Assembly: GCA_963851005.1 (NCBI GenBank)
Contig: CAWKNI010000007.1
Span: 1,630,904-1,694,903, forward strand
DNA: 64,000 nt
Source: an uncultured delta proteobacterium
GTDB taxonomy: Bacteria > Desulfobacterota > Syntrophia > Syntrophales > Smithellaceae
Direction: 5' to 3'
Shown: in pieces, positions 1 through 8,874 of the stretch
Layout of the letters: each line of letters opens with the position of its first letter
Position numbering within the stretch: position 1 is the stretch's first letter
The notes under the pieces: generated by a model
The model's input: only the letters and a program-made list of their open reading frames with translations
Database searches by the model: none
What the model was told of the DNA's origin: nothing
Position numbers and translations under genes: made by a program

Positions 1-27
1 TAGCGCTTTAATTTAGAATTGGTATCA
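1..27 (-). repeat. Terminal fragment of the ~129-bp TIR-bounded repeat, truncated by the window edge
   Basis: tagcgctttaatttagaattggtatca matches the last 27 nt of the copies at 29420-29548 and 30836-30964. It ends 2 bp from the stop codon of the adjacent minus-strand gene. Confidence 0.8.
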
Positions 28-29
28 TG

Positions 30-1181
30 TCATCCATAGTTCTGATCTCTCAACATCTCCCTCGCAATAACAAGCCTCTGTATTTCAGATGTGCCCTCAT
101 ATATGGAAGTGGCTCTGGCATCACGATAGAGCCTCTCTACCTTGAAGTCCTTGAGATAGCCGTACCCGCCATGGATCTGCAATGCGAGATAAGCGCTCTT
201 GTTTGCCAATTCCGAAGCGAAAAGCTTGGCCATGGAGGCTTCTTTTGTGAAAGGCATTCCCTGATCTTTTCTCCATGCAGCGGACAGTGTAAGCAAGTTC
301 GCTGCCTCAAGCCCTGTCGCCATGTCAGCGATCATCCATTGAATGGCCTCAAACGAACTGATGGTCTTGCCGAATTGTTTACGTTCCTTGGCATATCTGA
401 TACTTTCATCCAGACATGCGCGGGTAATGCCCAAAGCCTGCGATGCTATACCGATGCGGCCGCTATCTAGGGCTGTCATGGCTATTTTGAATCCTATGCC
501 TTCCCTTCCAATCAGGTTTTCTTTCGGAACCTTGCAGTCATTAAAAAGAAGTTCCACCGTATTGGAAGCCCGCAGCCCCATCTTATCTTCCCGTGAGCCT
601 ATTGAAAATCCTGGTGTGCCCTTTTCAACGATGAAAGCCGAGAGGCCTTTGCTGCCTTTTTCCGGACCGGTCCTGGTAATGAGATTTATTACATCAGCAT
701 ATTGCCCGTGGGTAATGAAAGTCTTTGTTCCGTTGATCTGATAATAGTCTCCTTTATCCTCCGCCTTTATAGAGAGGCTCCCGGGGTCCGATCCGGCGCC
801 GGGCTCAGTAAGGGCGAAACATCCCAGCAAATCTCCCTGCGCAAGCCCAACGAGATATTTTGTCTTTTGTTTTTCATCACCGAATTTGAGTAACGGCTCG
901 GTAGAGAGATTGGCCACGGACATTGTCACGGCTGTTGACGCACATGAATAGGCGATTTCCTGTAGTGCCAGGCAATAGCTTACCGCACCGGCGCCAACTC
1001 CGCCATACTCAACAGGCACCATCATGCCGAGAAGACCGAGCTGGCCCATTTTTTTCACCACATCCATCGGAAATATTTCTTCCTTGTCTCTTTTGGCAGC
1101 CGCAGGCTCTAATTCCTTCCTGGCAAAATCTTTAGCCATGAGTCTGACCATTTTCTGTTCTGCAGTCAATTGAAAAGACAT
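30..1181 (-). CDS. Acyl-CoA dehydrogenase (short/butyryl-chain type)
   Basis: 383-aa ORF with the typical ACAD layout: N-terminal FARKELEP, CFALTEPGAGSD, and C-terminal YEGTSEIQRLVIAR with the catalytic Glu context. Confidence 0.9.
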   Translation of the reverse strand: MSFQLTAEQKMVRLMAKDFARKELEPAAAKRDKEEIFPMDVVKKMGQLGLLGMMVPVEYGGVGAGAVSYCLALQEIAYSCASTAVTMSVANLSTEPLLKFGDEKQKTKYLVGLAQGDLLGCFALTEPGAGSDPGSLSIKAEDKGDYYQINGTKTFITHGQYADVINLITRTGPEKGSKGLSAFIVEKGTPGFSIGSREDKMGLRASNTVELLFNDCKVPKENLIGREGIGFKIAMTALDSGRIGIASQALGITRACLDESIRYAKERKQFGKTISSFEAIQWMIADMATGLEAANLLTLSAAWRKDQGMPFTKEASMAKLFASELANKSAYLALQIHGGYGYLKDFKVERLYRDARATSIYEGTSEIQRLVIAREMLRDQNYG

Positions 1182-1190
1182 ATTCCCTCC

Positions 1191-1736
1191 TTACGGCACA
1201 TATATGACAACCAGGAGTTCTGCCTTTTCCCGGGTTGGATTGCTGAGTTTATGGGAAATGGAGGAATCAAAGTTAATGCATTCCCCTTTCTTCAAAGTTG
1301 AAGTGTTCTGGCCCACCTGAATCGTGAGACCGCCGCGAAGAATGAAGATAAATTCTTCTCCCTCATGATGGTACTCAACACCTTTATGTTCGGTCTGGGG
1401 ATCAATTGTTACTCGATAAGCCCTTAAGTGTTTCTCCTCTCCCGGTCTGGTAAGGGGTTCATAGGCATACGAAGCAACTCTCTTTTTGTGGCTGGCTGTC
1501 CTTTTCCGTGATGCTTCTTTGTCTCGATTTTCCTGGAGTTGATCCATGTCAACCTTTAGGACTCGGCCCAATTGGAGGACTACCGCGACAGGCGGGTCTA
1601 TTTTACCTTCCTCGATCTCTTTCAGGAAGTCAACCGTATAACCGGTATCGTGCGAGAGAACCTCTATGCTGAATCCTTTTGCTTCTCTCAGTCTTCGGAT
1701 TTTCCCTCCAAAGGATTCTTCGGTTTTTTTTATCAT
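1191..1736 (-). CDS. XRE-family HTH regulator with a C-terminal cupin domain
   Basis: N-terminal GGKIRRLREAKGFSIEVLSHDTG is HTH-like. The C-terminal part (HHHEGEEFIFILRGGL...HKLSN) is a cupin metal motif. Confidence 0.75.
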   Translation of the reverse strand: MIKKTEESFGGKIRRLREAKGFSIEVLSHDTGYTVDFLKEIEEGKIDPPVAVVLQLGRVLKVDMDQLQENRDKEASRKRTASHKKRVASYAYEPLTRPGEEKHLRAYRVTIDPQTEHKGVEYHHEGEEFIFILRGGLTIQVGQNTSTLKKGECINFDSSISHKLSNPTREKAELLVVIYVP

Positions 1737-1829
1737 GTATTTTTCTCCATATCTTTTTTAAGAGCACAGTGCGCTGAAGTTAATTATCAAGGGAACATCA
1801 GCAATTAATGTGCAAATAACGCCTTTTGT

Positions 1830-2315
1830 CTACTTCGATTTAGGGCTGTTAAATTTAGCAAAAATCCAAAACGGCACACCGAGAGGATTAAGATTTTTAT
1901 ACTTCTGTTTCGATAAAATGTAATCCTCAATTTTTAGGATCGCTTCGCTGGATGTATCGACGAATTCCACTCCCGCCTCAAAAGATCCATCCTCCGTGTT
2001 GAATTCGACCCATTTTACTTTTCCGAGGGCAGTTATCTTTTGATGCAGACGCTCTAATGTTAAATCTATTCTGAGAAGGGTATCGACGGGCAAAGGAATA
2101 TTGCCTCGAATTTTAATGCCGGACTCAGAAATATCCTTACTGAATTTATAAAGGATTTTTTCTTTAAGAAGATTTTTGTCTTCGGAGAGGATAGTTATTG
2201 TGATATTGTGCTCTTCGTTCAGTCGTTGTGCCCTTCTTAGTTCATCCTCTTTTTTTTGTCCCTTCACTTTTTTTCCTCTTTTTTTCAGTTGTTTCACTTT
2301 CACTTTTTTGTTCAT
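1830..2315 (-). CDS. PilZ-domain-like protein with a lysine-rich N-terminus
   Basis: The ORF track starts at 2360, but the ATG at 2315 is preceded by aaggagga. The C-terminal half (GIKIRGN...ALGKVKWVE...FEAGVEF) resembles a PilZ beta-barrel. The N-terminus reads KKVKVKQLKKRGKKVKGQKK. Confidence 0.5.
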   Translation of the reverse strand: MNKKVKVKQLKKRGKKVKGQKKEDELRRAQRLNEEHNITITILSEDKNLLKEKILYKFSKDISESGIKIRGNIPLPVDTLLRIDLTLERLHQKITALGKVKWVEFNTEDGSFEAGVEFVDTSSEAILKIEDYILSKQKYKNLNPLGVPFWIFAKFNSPKSK

Positions 2316-2642
2316 AACGATGCATTCCTCCTTGTTTGCTCCAGAATGTCCGTTTTTCACTCTTAATTACCGAGTGATCCAAACCATGAATAGCCTTCGA
2401 GAATTATTATCTCAATAGGTTATGCAAAAGACAAGGATTTTTTGATAAAAGCGATAATCAATTTCAGGAGCAAATGTTCTTTTTAGAAGGAATTTTTTAA
2501 CTTTCTCTTATTAGGCACTTTTCTGTTATCCTCAAATCGTTAACCTTGATACATATGCAAGCTTTCAATCCGTAACAAACAAAAAATGGCTAAACTCTCA
2601 AAAAATGTATTATTATAAATCTTTTATAGAGCTGTTACTGAT

Positions 2643-2675
2643 GAATTATTCTCCATCGCAGGGGAGTTATTCCCC
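2643..2675. promoter_or_regulatory. Imperfect palindrome (TCTCCAT-N-GGGGA core), candidate regulator binding site
   Basis: gaattattctccatcgcaggggagttattcccc has a paralogous site at 3688-3720 in the same relative position upstream of the next secreted-protein cassette. Confidence 0.35.
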
Positions 2676-2822
2676 ACTTATTGTTTAAAAAAAGTGGCAT
2701 GTAATCTTAATAAAAATTATTTATCAGTTATTTTAATAACATAGATATTATTGATCTGTATTTCTTTGTTGGCATGTAAGTTGCTGTTAAGCACCATCGA
2801 AATGTTATGGAGGTGCTTCATA

Positions 2823-3203
2823 ATGAAAAAAGCTTTATGGTATGCGATTGGAACGGTTTTTCTTTTGTCAACCTTAGCTTTTGCCATTGATAAGACCGAT
2901 TCCTCTGTTAAAGTCGGTCCGGTTAAAACATATATTGTCAAGGCTGCCAAAATGCATGCTACCGGAAAAGTTATCGAGATTTCCGATGAATCAGTGAAGA
3001 TTGAACGTACCGTAAAAGGTGATGTTGAAACCATGGAGTTTGCTTTAGAAAAACCTGTAAAAAGTATTAGTGTAGGTGATTCAGTAAAAATAGCATACAT
3101 GGAAAAGGACGGTAAATTAATAGCATCAAGAGTAGCCAAAATCACTTTCAAGAAAAAAGAAATTAAGCCGGCTGAAGCAACATCTGCTTCAGGTAAAAAA
3201 TAA
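2823..3203 (+). CDS. Small secreted protein (signal peptide), function unknown
   Basis: The internal ATG at 2823 gives MKKALWYAIGTVFLLSTLAFA, a signal peptide. The upstream part of the tracked ORF (from 2751) has no RBS. Confidence 0.6.
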   Translation: MKKALWYAIGTVFLLSTLAFAIDKTDSSVKVGPVKTYIVKAAKMHATGKVIEISDESVKIERTVKGDVETMEFALEKPVKSISVGDSVKIAYMEKDGKLIASRVAKITFKKKEIKPAEATSASGKK

Positions 3204-3272
3204 TTAGTTGGAGTCCCTTAATTTTAAAGGGTAGTAATAAAATAAAACAAAATTTAGAAGGAGGATTTTAAG

Positions 3273-3491
3273 ATGAAGCGTTTAGTATTGTTTGTTGTAG
3301 CATTGGTTTTCGCATTTTGCACCACCGTAATGGCAGCCGAGCCCATGGCAGCTCCCGCAGCAGCTCCCGCCACAGAGAAGGCTGCTCCTGCGAAAGAAGT
3401 TAAGAAAGTTAAGAAAATGAAGAAAGCAAAGAAAGTAAAGAAAGAGAAGAAAGCTGAAGAAGCAGCTCCTGCTGAAACACCCGCAAAATAA
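3273..3491 (+). CDS. Small secreted Ala/Pro- and Lys-rich protein
   Basis: An aaggagg RBS lies 8 nt upstream. The signal peptide MKRLVLFVVALVFAFCTTVMA is followed by a KKVKKMKKAKKVKKEKK tract, and a strong terminator follows the gene. Confidence 0.65.
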   Translation: MKRLVLFVVALVFAFCTTVMAAEPMAAPAAAPATEKAAPAKEVKKVKKMKKAKKVKKEKKAEEAAPAETPAK

Positions 3492-3520
3492 GTTTGTAAA
3501 AACTTTATGTGGTTTAAAAG

Positions 3521-3552
3521 AAGGGACGGGTTTTACCCGTCCCTTCTTTTTT
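3521..3552 (+). terminator. Rho-independent terminator
   Basis: aagggacggg-tttta-cccgtccctt forms a 10-bp stem, followed by a T-run. Confidence 0.85.
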
Positions 3553-3576
3553 GTTTTCTATATCAAAATTCTTGAC

Positions 3577-3620
3577 TTTAAATAGTAATCCTCAATTTAG
3601 ACGACTGTCAAATACTGTGG
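3577..3620 (+). repeat. 44-bp conserved intergenic module (copy 1 of 2)
   Basis: tttaaatagtaatcctcaatttagacgactgtcaaatactgtgg matches 5054-5097 at about 40/44 positions. Both copies lie just downstream of a terminator. Confidence 0.8.
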
Positions 3621-3687
3621 TTCTGAAATCCTTAATTTTTCAATCATGACAATCATTCAAGCTCTCAATTGATAATCAATAAAATGA

Positions 3688-3720
3688 GGAATAAATCTCC
3701 ATTTGGTGGGGAAATAATTC
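3688..3720. promoter_or_regulatory. Imperfect palindrome, candidate enhancer-binding-protein site (UAS)
   Basis: ggaataaatctccatttggtggggaaataattc lies about 80-110 bp upstream of the sigma-54-type promoter at 3797. It is paralogous to 2643-2675. Confidence 0.4.
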
Positions 3721-3796
3721 TCAGTTGAGCATAATATTAATTTTTCTCTTATCATATAAATGGCTGTTTTTATGAAAGTTATTATTAATGTCGAAT

Positions 3797-3812
3797 TGGC
3801 ATATTTGTTGCT
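3797..3812 (+). promoter_or_regulatory. Sigma-54 (-24/-12) type promoter
   Basis: TGGCAT-ATTTG-TTGCT fits the TGGCAC-N5-TTGCW consensus exactly in spacing, about 90 nt upstream of the ATG at 3901. Confidence 0.65.
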
Positions 3813-3900
3813 GATTCTTTTTTAGAAATGATGAAAGGAGGTAAGATAAAAAATTTTGATAGTTCAATTATTAAAAGTTGATATTTTATCAAAAGGAGAA

Positions 3901-4260
3901 ATGAATATGAAACGTTATATGAAAATTGTAGGGATTACTTTACTCATGGCTGTTTTTTTCTTAGTAAGTCTTCCAACTGTTCAGGCTGAAACTGAGTGGC
4001 AAAAAGATCATCCACGTCGCACCCAGGTTAATAAGCGACTGAAGAATCAAAATCGCCGAATTAATCAAGGAGTGAAAAATGGGAAACTGAATAAGCAAGA
4101 AGCCGCTCAATTACACAAGAAAGACCGTCAAATTAGGCAGGAAGAACGGGATATGGCCTCACAAAATGGTGGGCATATTACCAAACAGGAACAGAAGACA
4201 TTAAATCAGCAGGAAAATGCAGCCAGCAAACAAATATACAATGAAAAACATGGTCAATAA
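3901..4260 (+). CDS. Secreted Gln/Lys/Asn-rich periplasmic protein
   Basis: The ATG at 3901 is preceded by aaaaggag. The signal peptide ends in VQA-ETEW, and the helical charged repeats end in ...SKQIYNEKHGQ. Confidence 0.65.
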   Translation: MNMKRYMKIVGITLLMAVFFLVSLPTVQAETEWQKDHPRRTQVNKRLKNQNRRINQGVKNGKLNKQEAAQLHKKDRQIRQEERDMASQNGGHITKQEQKTLNQQENAASKQIYNEKHGQ

Positions 4261-4317
4261 ATGAGTCACTGCTTACGGTATTACATAGCATAGTAGTCCG
4301 ATAAGGGAGGTAACAAA

Positions 4318-4968
4318 ATGAAAAAGTTGCTTTTTGGAACAATCGTTTTAGCGTTGATAAGTATTTTCCCTATCACGACACTGGCAGGGGTAGATGTGAG
4401 TGTTGGAATTTCTATACCGTTGCCACCGCCTATCACATTTGAAGCACCGCCAGATGTAGTTGCATTACCAGATACCAATGGTGTTTATGTTGATCCTAGT
4501 GTAAACGTAGACATTTTTTTCTGGAATGGTTTTTGGTGGCGTCCATGGGAAGGTCGCTGGTATCGTTCACCGTATTATGATCGTGGCTGGGCTTATTTCG
4601 ATAGTGTTCCAAGATTTTATTATGACGTAGACCCATATTGGAGAGGATACTATCAGAATCACAATTGGCACGGTCACATTTGGAATTATCAACCAATTCC
4701 TCATTCACAACTTCAACAGAACTGGAAGAAGTGGCAAAATAATCGATCTTCGGGCAATCAAAGAACTTGGGGTGTGCAGGGTTATACACCTAAACCTCAA
4801 CAGCAGAGACAGATCCTAAGGCAACAAAGACAAACGATATACCAACAAAAACCTGAAGTTCAAAAACATCAACAATTTCAAAAACAGCAGAGACAACAGC
4901 AGAATAAGGGTAAATCAAATCAACAGTATCGAGGGCATGAAGGCAGAGGTGAAGAACATGGAAGGTAG
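4318..4968 (+). CDS. Secreted Trp/Tyr-rich protein with a Gln-rich tail
   Basis: A gggagg RBS precedes the signal peptide MKKLLFGTIVLALISIFPITTLAG. The W/Y-rich core is FFWNGFWWRPWEGRWYRSPYY and the tail is poly-Q/R. The gene is probably co-transcribed with 3901-4260. Confidence 0.65.
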   Translation: MKKLLFGTIVLALISIFPITTLAGVDVSVGISIPLPPPITFEAPPDVVALPDTNGVYVDPSVNVDIFFWNGFWWRPWEGRWYRSPYYDRGWAYFDSVPRFYYDVDPYWRGYYQNHNWHGHIWNYQPIPHSQLQQNWKKWQNNRSSGNQRTWGVQGYTPKPQQQRQILRQQRQTIYQQKPEVQKHQQFQKQQRQQQNKGKSNQQYRGHEGRGEEHGR

Positions 4969-5012
4969 GAGGACAAGAAGTTGAACACACTATCTTTTTG
5001 ATCGGTGAGTGA

Positions 5013-5046
5013 AAGGCAGGGTCAGAAATGGCTCTGCCTTTTTTTA
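5013..5046 (+). terminator. Rho-independent terminator
   Basis: aaggcag...ctgcctt forms the stem, followed by tttttt. Confidence 0.75.
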
Positions 5047-5053
5047 TGCACCT

Positions 5054-5097
5054 TTTAAATGGTAATCCTCAATCTTGACGACTGCCAAATACTGTGG
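5054..5097 (+). repeat. 44-bp conserved intergenic module (copy 2), abutted by the intron relic
   Basis: tttaaatggtaatcctcaatcttgacgactgccaaatactgtgg. Similarity to copy 1 stops exactly at ...actgtgg, where the intron-like sequence begins. Confidence 0.8.
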
Positions 5098-5780
5098 ATT
5101 TGTAGGGTATGCCGTGTAAAACGTATGACTAGTCGGTTAAAGTCCGACGATGGGAGTTCGGTAGTTCGCCCATGTAGTTGGAGGGAGGTGTTAAGGGTAA
5201 CCTGAAGCATTAAGTTTCCTGACAAAGGCTCCTTAGGGGAGTCGAGCAAACCTGCGGGTCGCAGCGTAAGCGAACCCAGATGTAGCCTCGAAACACAAGA
5301 CGGAGTTGTCGACCCTCTCCTACACAGGGGAAGACCGTAGCATCTATCTTAACGAAAACTACCAGAACCGATAGAGGGACTTCCGGGGTAACAGGGGTGA
5401 CACGCAGGGGCAGCCATACGAGAATGAACACGGGAGACCCTTGTCGATGCTTTACAAGAGGGCAACTGGTGGATATAAGGAAACGAAATTTCACCGGGTT
5501 GGCAAGGGAGTCGGAGTTGCTCATAGTACCGCTTGTATTCCAAGGACAACATAACCTTGGGAGAGGAAAGGGGCAATACCTTCATCATGCTTCTAAAGGA
5601 GGGAAGGAAAGGAGATTACGGTAACGCTATTAACTCTGAATATTTCGAGAATTCCGGTGGAAGCTATACTGGAAGAAGATGATTGGAAAGCCGTATTCGG
5701 GAAAACCGAACGTCCGGTTTGATGAGGGGGAGCTGGAGATAGAACCATTTGGCAACTACGCCAACTCTCTACTCTACTGT
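5098..5780 (+). mobile_element. ORF-less (IEP-deleted) group II intron relic; both boundaries approximate
   Basis: About 680 bp of GC-rich sequence with no credible ORF. It ends in a canonical domain V hairpin (5688-5720) followed by a possible domain VI. Short frames resemble the leader and tail that flank intron RT ORFs (ESELLIVP...GRGKG; GKPNVRFDEGELE). No clean GUGYG 5' end was found. Confidence 0.6.
5688..5720 (+). ncRNA. Group II intron domain V
   Basis: aAGCcgtattcggGAAAaccgaACgtccggttt carries the AGC catalytic triad, a 2-nt AC bulge and a GAAA-type loop at about 34 nt. It has one U-C mismatch relative to the GAGCCGUAU...GUACGGUUC consensus. Confidence 0.7.
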
Positions 5781-5844
5781 TATCTTTGTCAAGCCAGAAT
5801 TCAATTTCTTTCTGTCCGCTAAGTCAAATATGGTTCAGAATAGA

Positions 5845-7005
5845 TTATTTTTTCTTCTTGAGCAGATCGCCCAAAGTACCCATTGTCTTGGGAGCCGGGG
5901 CGATATAATTACGAAAATCTTCTTCGTCGCCTTGGGTGGAAATTTCTTTATCACTCCCGATCATGTCCAATGAAATTCTTTTGTTTTCGCGGTCAATCTT
6001 TTCGATTTTGACCTCTATCTCCGTTCCGGTTGTAAGAACATCGCGGGCGTGTTTAATCTTCTTCCCGCGCGCCAGCTTGGAAATATGCAACAGACCATCC
6101 ACCCCGTCCTCCAATGTAATGAAAGCCCCGAAATCTGTCAGGCGGGACACTTTTCCCTTGTGCACGCTCCCCTCGGTGTATTTTCTCACGACATCATTCC
6201 ACGGATCAGGAAGCGTATCTTTGCAGGATAAGGAGACGCGATTATTTTCCCAATCCAGATTGATTATTACAGCCTCAACTTTATCGCCCGGAGAGTAGAG
6301 TGCTTTGGCGTCCTCGACTCTTCCCCAGGCCATTTCCGAAACGGGCAGCAGAGCTTGAATGCCGCCAATATCGACAAAAGCACCGAAGTTTTGCACGCTG
6401 GTCACCACACCACTTACGGTCATTCCCTTTTTCAGTGAATCTTTGAGAACATTTATTTTTTCCTGTTCAATTTTTTCGAGAAGAGGACGGCGCGACAGAA
6501 TTATTTTTCGCCCATTTTCCGCATATTCGATGATAATAAAATCCAGTTTTTTGCCGACGTAAGCAGTTACATCGTCAATTTTTTTCGTATCCATTTGCGA
6601 GTATGGACAAAAGCCGGTGGCGCTGGCGCTTATCTTGACCGAAAAACCACCCTTGATTTCTTTTTCTACGGTTGCTTCCAACGGAATTTTACTTTTGTAA
6701 GCATTGAGCAGGAAATCGTCAACGCTCCTGCTGGTCAGCAACTTGGTGGTGAAAAGTTTTTCACCATGGCGTGAAGAAAGAAAATACGCGGTGATGGTAT
6801 CGCCTTCTTTCACATTAAGATTGCCCTCTTCATTCATAAACTCATTTTTATCAAGATACCCTTCGCTTTTTGCGCCTAAATCTATGAATATCCATTCCGG
6901 TGAAATTTTTACCACAGTTGCGTCTATCTTTTCACCGGCTTCAAAATGTTTAGGTGCAAGATTTGTTTCTTCCAGCATTTCAGCAAAACTCTTTGTTTCT
7001 TCCAT
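5845..7005 (-). CDS. S1 RNA-binding-domain repeat protein (ribosomal protein S1-like, 4 S1 domains)
   Basis: 386 aa with repeated S1 OB-fold signatures (G..V.G.V..I..FGAFVD..G..GLLHIS). Confidence 0.8.
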   Translation of the reverse strand: MEETKSFAEMLEETNLAPKHFEAGEKIDATVVKISPEWIFIDLGAKSEGYLDKNEFMNEEGNLNVKEGDTITAYFLSSRHGEKLFTTKLLTSRSVDDFLLNAYKSKIPLEATVEKEIKGGFSVKISASATGFCPYSQMDTKKIDDVTAYVGKKLDFIIIEYAENGRKIILSRRPLLEKIEQEKINVLKDSLKKGMTVSGVVTSVQNFGAFVDIGGIQALLPVSEMAWGRVEDAKALYSPGDKVEAVIINLDWENNRVSLSCKDTLPDPWNDVVRKYTEGSVHKGKVSRLTDFGAFITLEDGVDGLLHISKLARGKKIKHARDVLTTGTEIEVKIEKIDRENKRISLDMIGSDKEISTQGDEEDFRNYIAPAPKTMGTLGDLLKKKK

Positions 7006-7249
7006 ATATATTCCTCGCTACTAAGTGTTGCATTTTACAAATTTTGGCCATCCGATAACATAAAATAAATATTTTGTCGCAGTGTATTTTTTAAATATTT
7101 TTGTTAAAATAAAGCACTCAGTATCCCCTGTGCTTCACGCAGAGGATAGTTTCCAACAGCTTTTGGCTATTGGATAATTCGATTAAAAAACTTCAATGCG
7201 CTTTGCTTTTGAAGTTTTAGTCTCATTACGACTAACCAATTTCAATGCA

Positions 7250-7274
7250 CCTATAGTGACCTTTAGGTTATTCG
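7250..7274. repeat. REP-like unit, family 'tagtgacctttaggttattcg'
   Basis: Also present at 38809-38827 and 51943-51970. It sits in a mosaic of further shared units (ggataattcga, gtctcatta). Confidence 0.7.
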
Positions 7275-7367
7275 TTTTTGAAATTGGAGTCTCACTAAAA
7301 TTTTCTGGATATTTGAAAAAATATGTATTATGAAACAATTAAGAATATCTAAGGAGTTAAATAAGTT

Positions 7368-8702
7368 ATGCGTTTTGAAATTTCCCGCGGCGGCAGCGGA
7401 TTAACTTACGAAATCCGCAATATCGTGCTGATCGCCAACAAGCTCAAAGAATTCGGCGTGAACATAATCTGGGAAAACATCGGTGATCCGGTGCAGAAAG
7501 GAGAAAAAATTCCCGGTTGGATGAAGGAAGTTCTCACCGAAATAATTAAGGAAGACGAATCTTACGCTTATTCGCCAACTAAAGGCGTGGATTCGACAAG
7601 AAAGTTTCTTGCCGACCGCCTCAACAAACGCGGGAAGGTGCAAATCACACCGGAAGACATAATATTTTTCAACGGTCTGGGTGATGCTATCGCGCGCGCT
7701 TACAGCTCCATTCAGGTTGACGCCCGCATGATTATGCCGGAACCAACCTATTCCACTCACTTTATGGCGGAAGTTTTGCACGCTTCTTTCCCGCCTAATA
7801 CCTACCGTTTGAATCCCTACAACGGCTGGCAGCCGGATATGCGGGAACTGGAACAAAAAGTAAGAAGCCACAAGGCGATTGTGGGAATTCTGGTTATCAA
7901 TCCCGATAATCCTACAGGTTTTGTTTATTCCGAGAAGACGCTCAAGCAAATTGTCCGGATTGCCAAAGAAAACGATCTTTTCCTCGTCTTTGATGAAACC
8001 TATATTAATATTGTTTACAATGGTAAAGATACCTTGCCGCTTTCCGATATCGTCGACAATGTTCCGGCAATCAGCATGAAAGGAATTTCCAAAGAACTGC
8101 CCTGGCCCGGCGCACGCTGTGGCTGGATGGAAGTATACAACGCCGACAAGGACCCGATTTTCGCCCGTTTCATTAACACAATATTGCATCAGAAAATGTC
8201 AGAAGTTTGTTCGACAACTCTTCCGCAGCTGGCGATTCCTAAAATAATGACACATCCTGAATATCAAAATTATCTGAATGAGCGCAAAAAGCACTACGAG
8301 AAACTTTCGAATATTGCATACAACGTTTTAAAGGATGTCCCCTGCATAATGGTCAACAAAAGCGACGGCGCTTTTTATATGACAATTGTTTTCAATGAAT
8401 CCGGCCTCAATAGCGATCAGAAACTTCATATTAAAAACAGGGACGTTAGAGAATTCGTGGAAAACCTGGTCAAGGAACCCATCGAACATGATAAGAGATT
8501 TGTTTATTATCTTCTGGCGGCAACGGGCATCTGCGTTGTGCCGCTGACGTCTTTCTTTACGCCTCTGCTTGGCTTCCGCATGACGTTGCTGGATAAGGAC
8601 GTGGCGGAATTTGAATATGTCGTTAAAACCATCGCCGAAAAAATTACCGAATATATTAATTCGTCAAATAAAAGCATCCAGACAGCTATTAATTTATCTT
8701 AA
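7368..8702 (+). CDS. Class I/II PLP-dependent aminotransferase (alanine/aspartate aminotransferase-like)
   Basis: 444 aa with NPDNPTG and SMKGISKELPWPGARCGW, the Schiff-base Lys context SxSK...GxRxG. Confidence 0.8.
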   Translation: MRFEISRGGSGLTYEIRNIVLIANKLKEFGVNIIWENIGDPVQKGEKIPGWMKEVLTEIIKEDESYAYSPTKGVDSTRKFLADRLNKRGKVQITPEDIIFFNGLGDAIARAYSSIQVDARMIMPEPTYSTHFMAEVLHASFPPNTYRLNPYNGWQPDMRELEQKVRSHKAIVGILVINPDNPTGFVYSEKTLKQIVRIAKENDLFLVFDETYINIVYNGKDTLPLSDIVDNVPAISMKGISKELPWPGARCGWMEVYNADKDPIFARFINTILHQKMSEVCSTTLPQLAIPKIMTHPEYQNYLNERKKHYEKLSNIAYNVLKDVPCIMVNKSDGAFYMTIVFNESGLNSDQKLHIKNRDVREFVENLVKEPIEHDKRFVYYLLAATGICVVPLTSFFTPLLGFRMTLLDKDVAEFEYVVKTIAEKITEYINSSNKSIQTAINLS

Positions 8703-8874
8703 AGAATGGTGCACATAGTTAAGGTGTGCGACTTTCATTCTTTACTGTTGAAATAAAAACTCGTAAGAGTCCCCAAAAATTTAAAATTGACTGGATAAAA
8801 TGTCAAGGATAGAAATTTGACCCTTTATTCTTTCGAATTCTCCCAATCCTAATAAATGAACACCAAGGCTAATA

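Noticed and set aside
2695-2709. Possible second sigma-54 promoter TGGCAT-GTAAT-CTTAA upstream of the 2823 gene
   Set aside because: The -24 element is good, but the -12 element (CTTA in place of TTGC) is poor. It is mentioned only as part of the duplicated regulatory cassette.
5055-5624. Several 64-104-aa ORFs on both strands (5055-5249, 5210-5524, 5349-5588, 5397-5624)
   Set aside because: They lie within the structured group II intron-like RNA. They have no RBS or coherent protein features, apart from short stretches resembling remnants of the regions that flank an intron RT.
7401-8189. 262-aa minus-strand ORF
   Set aside because: It is antisense to the aminotransferase gene and has no motifs or RBS, so it is a shadow ORF. 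The same reasoning applies to the antisense ORFs inside pckG (11888-13489), ppdK (14806-16622), GT9, thiolase and gpmI.
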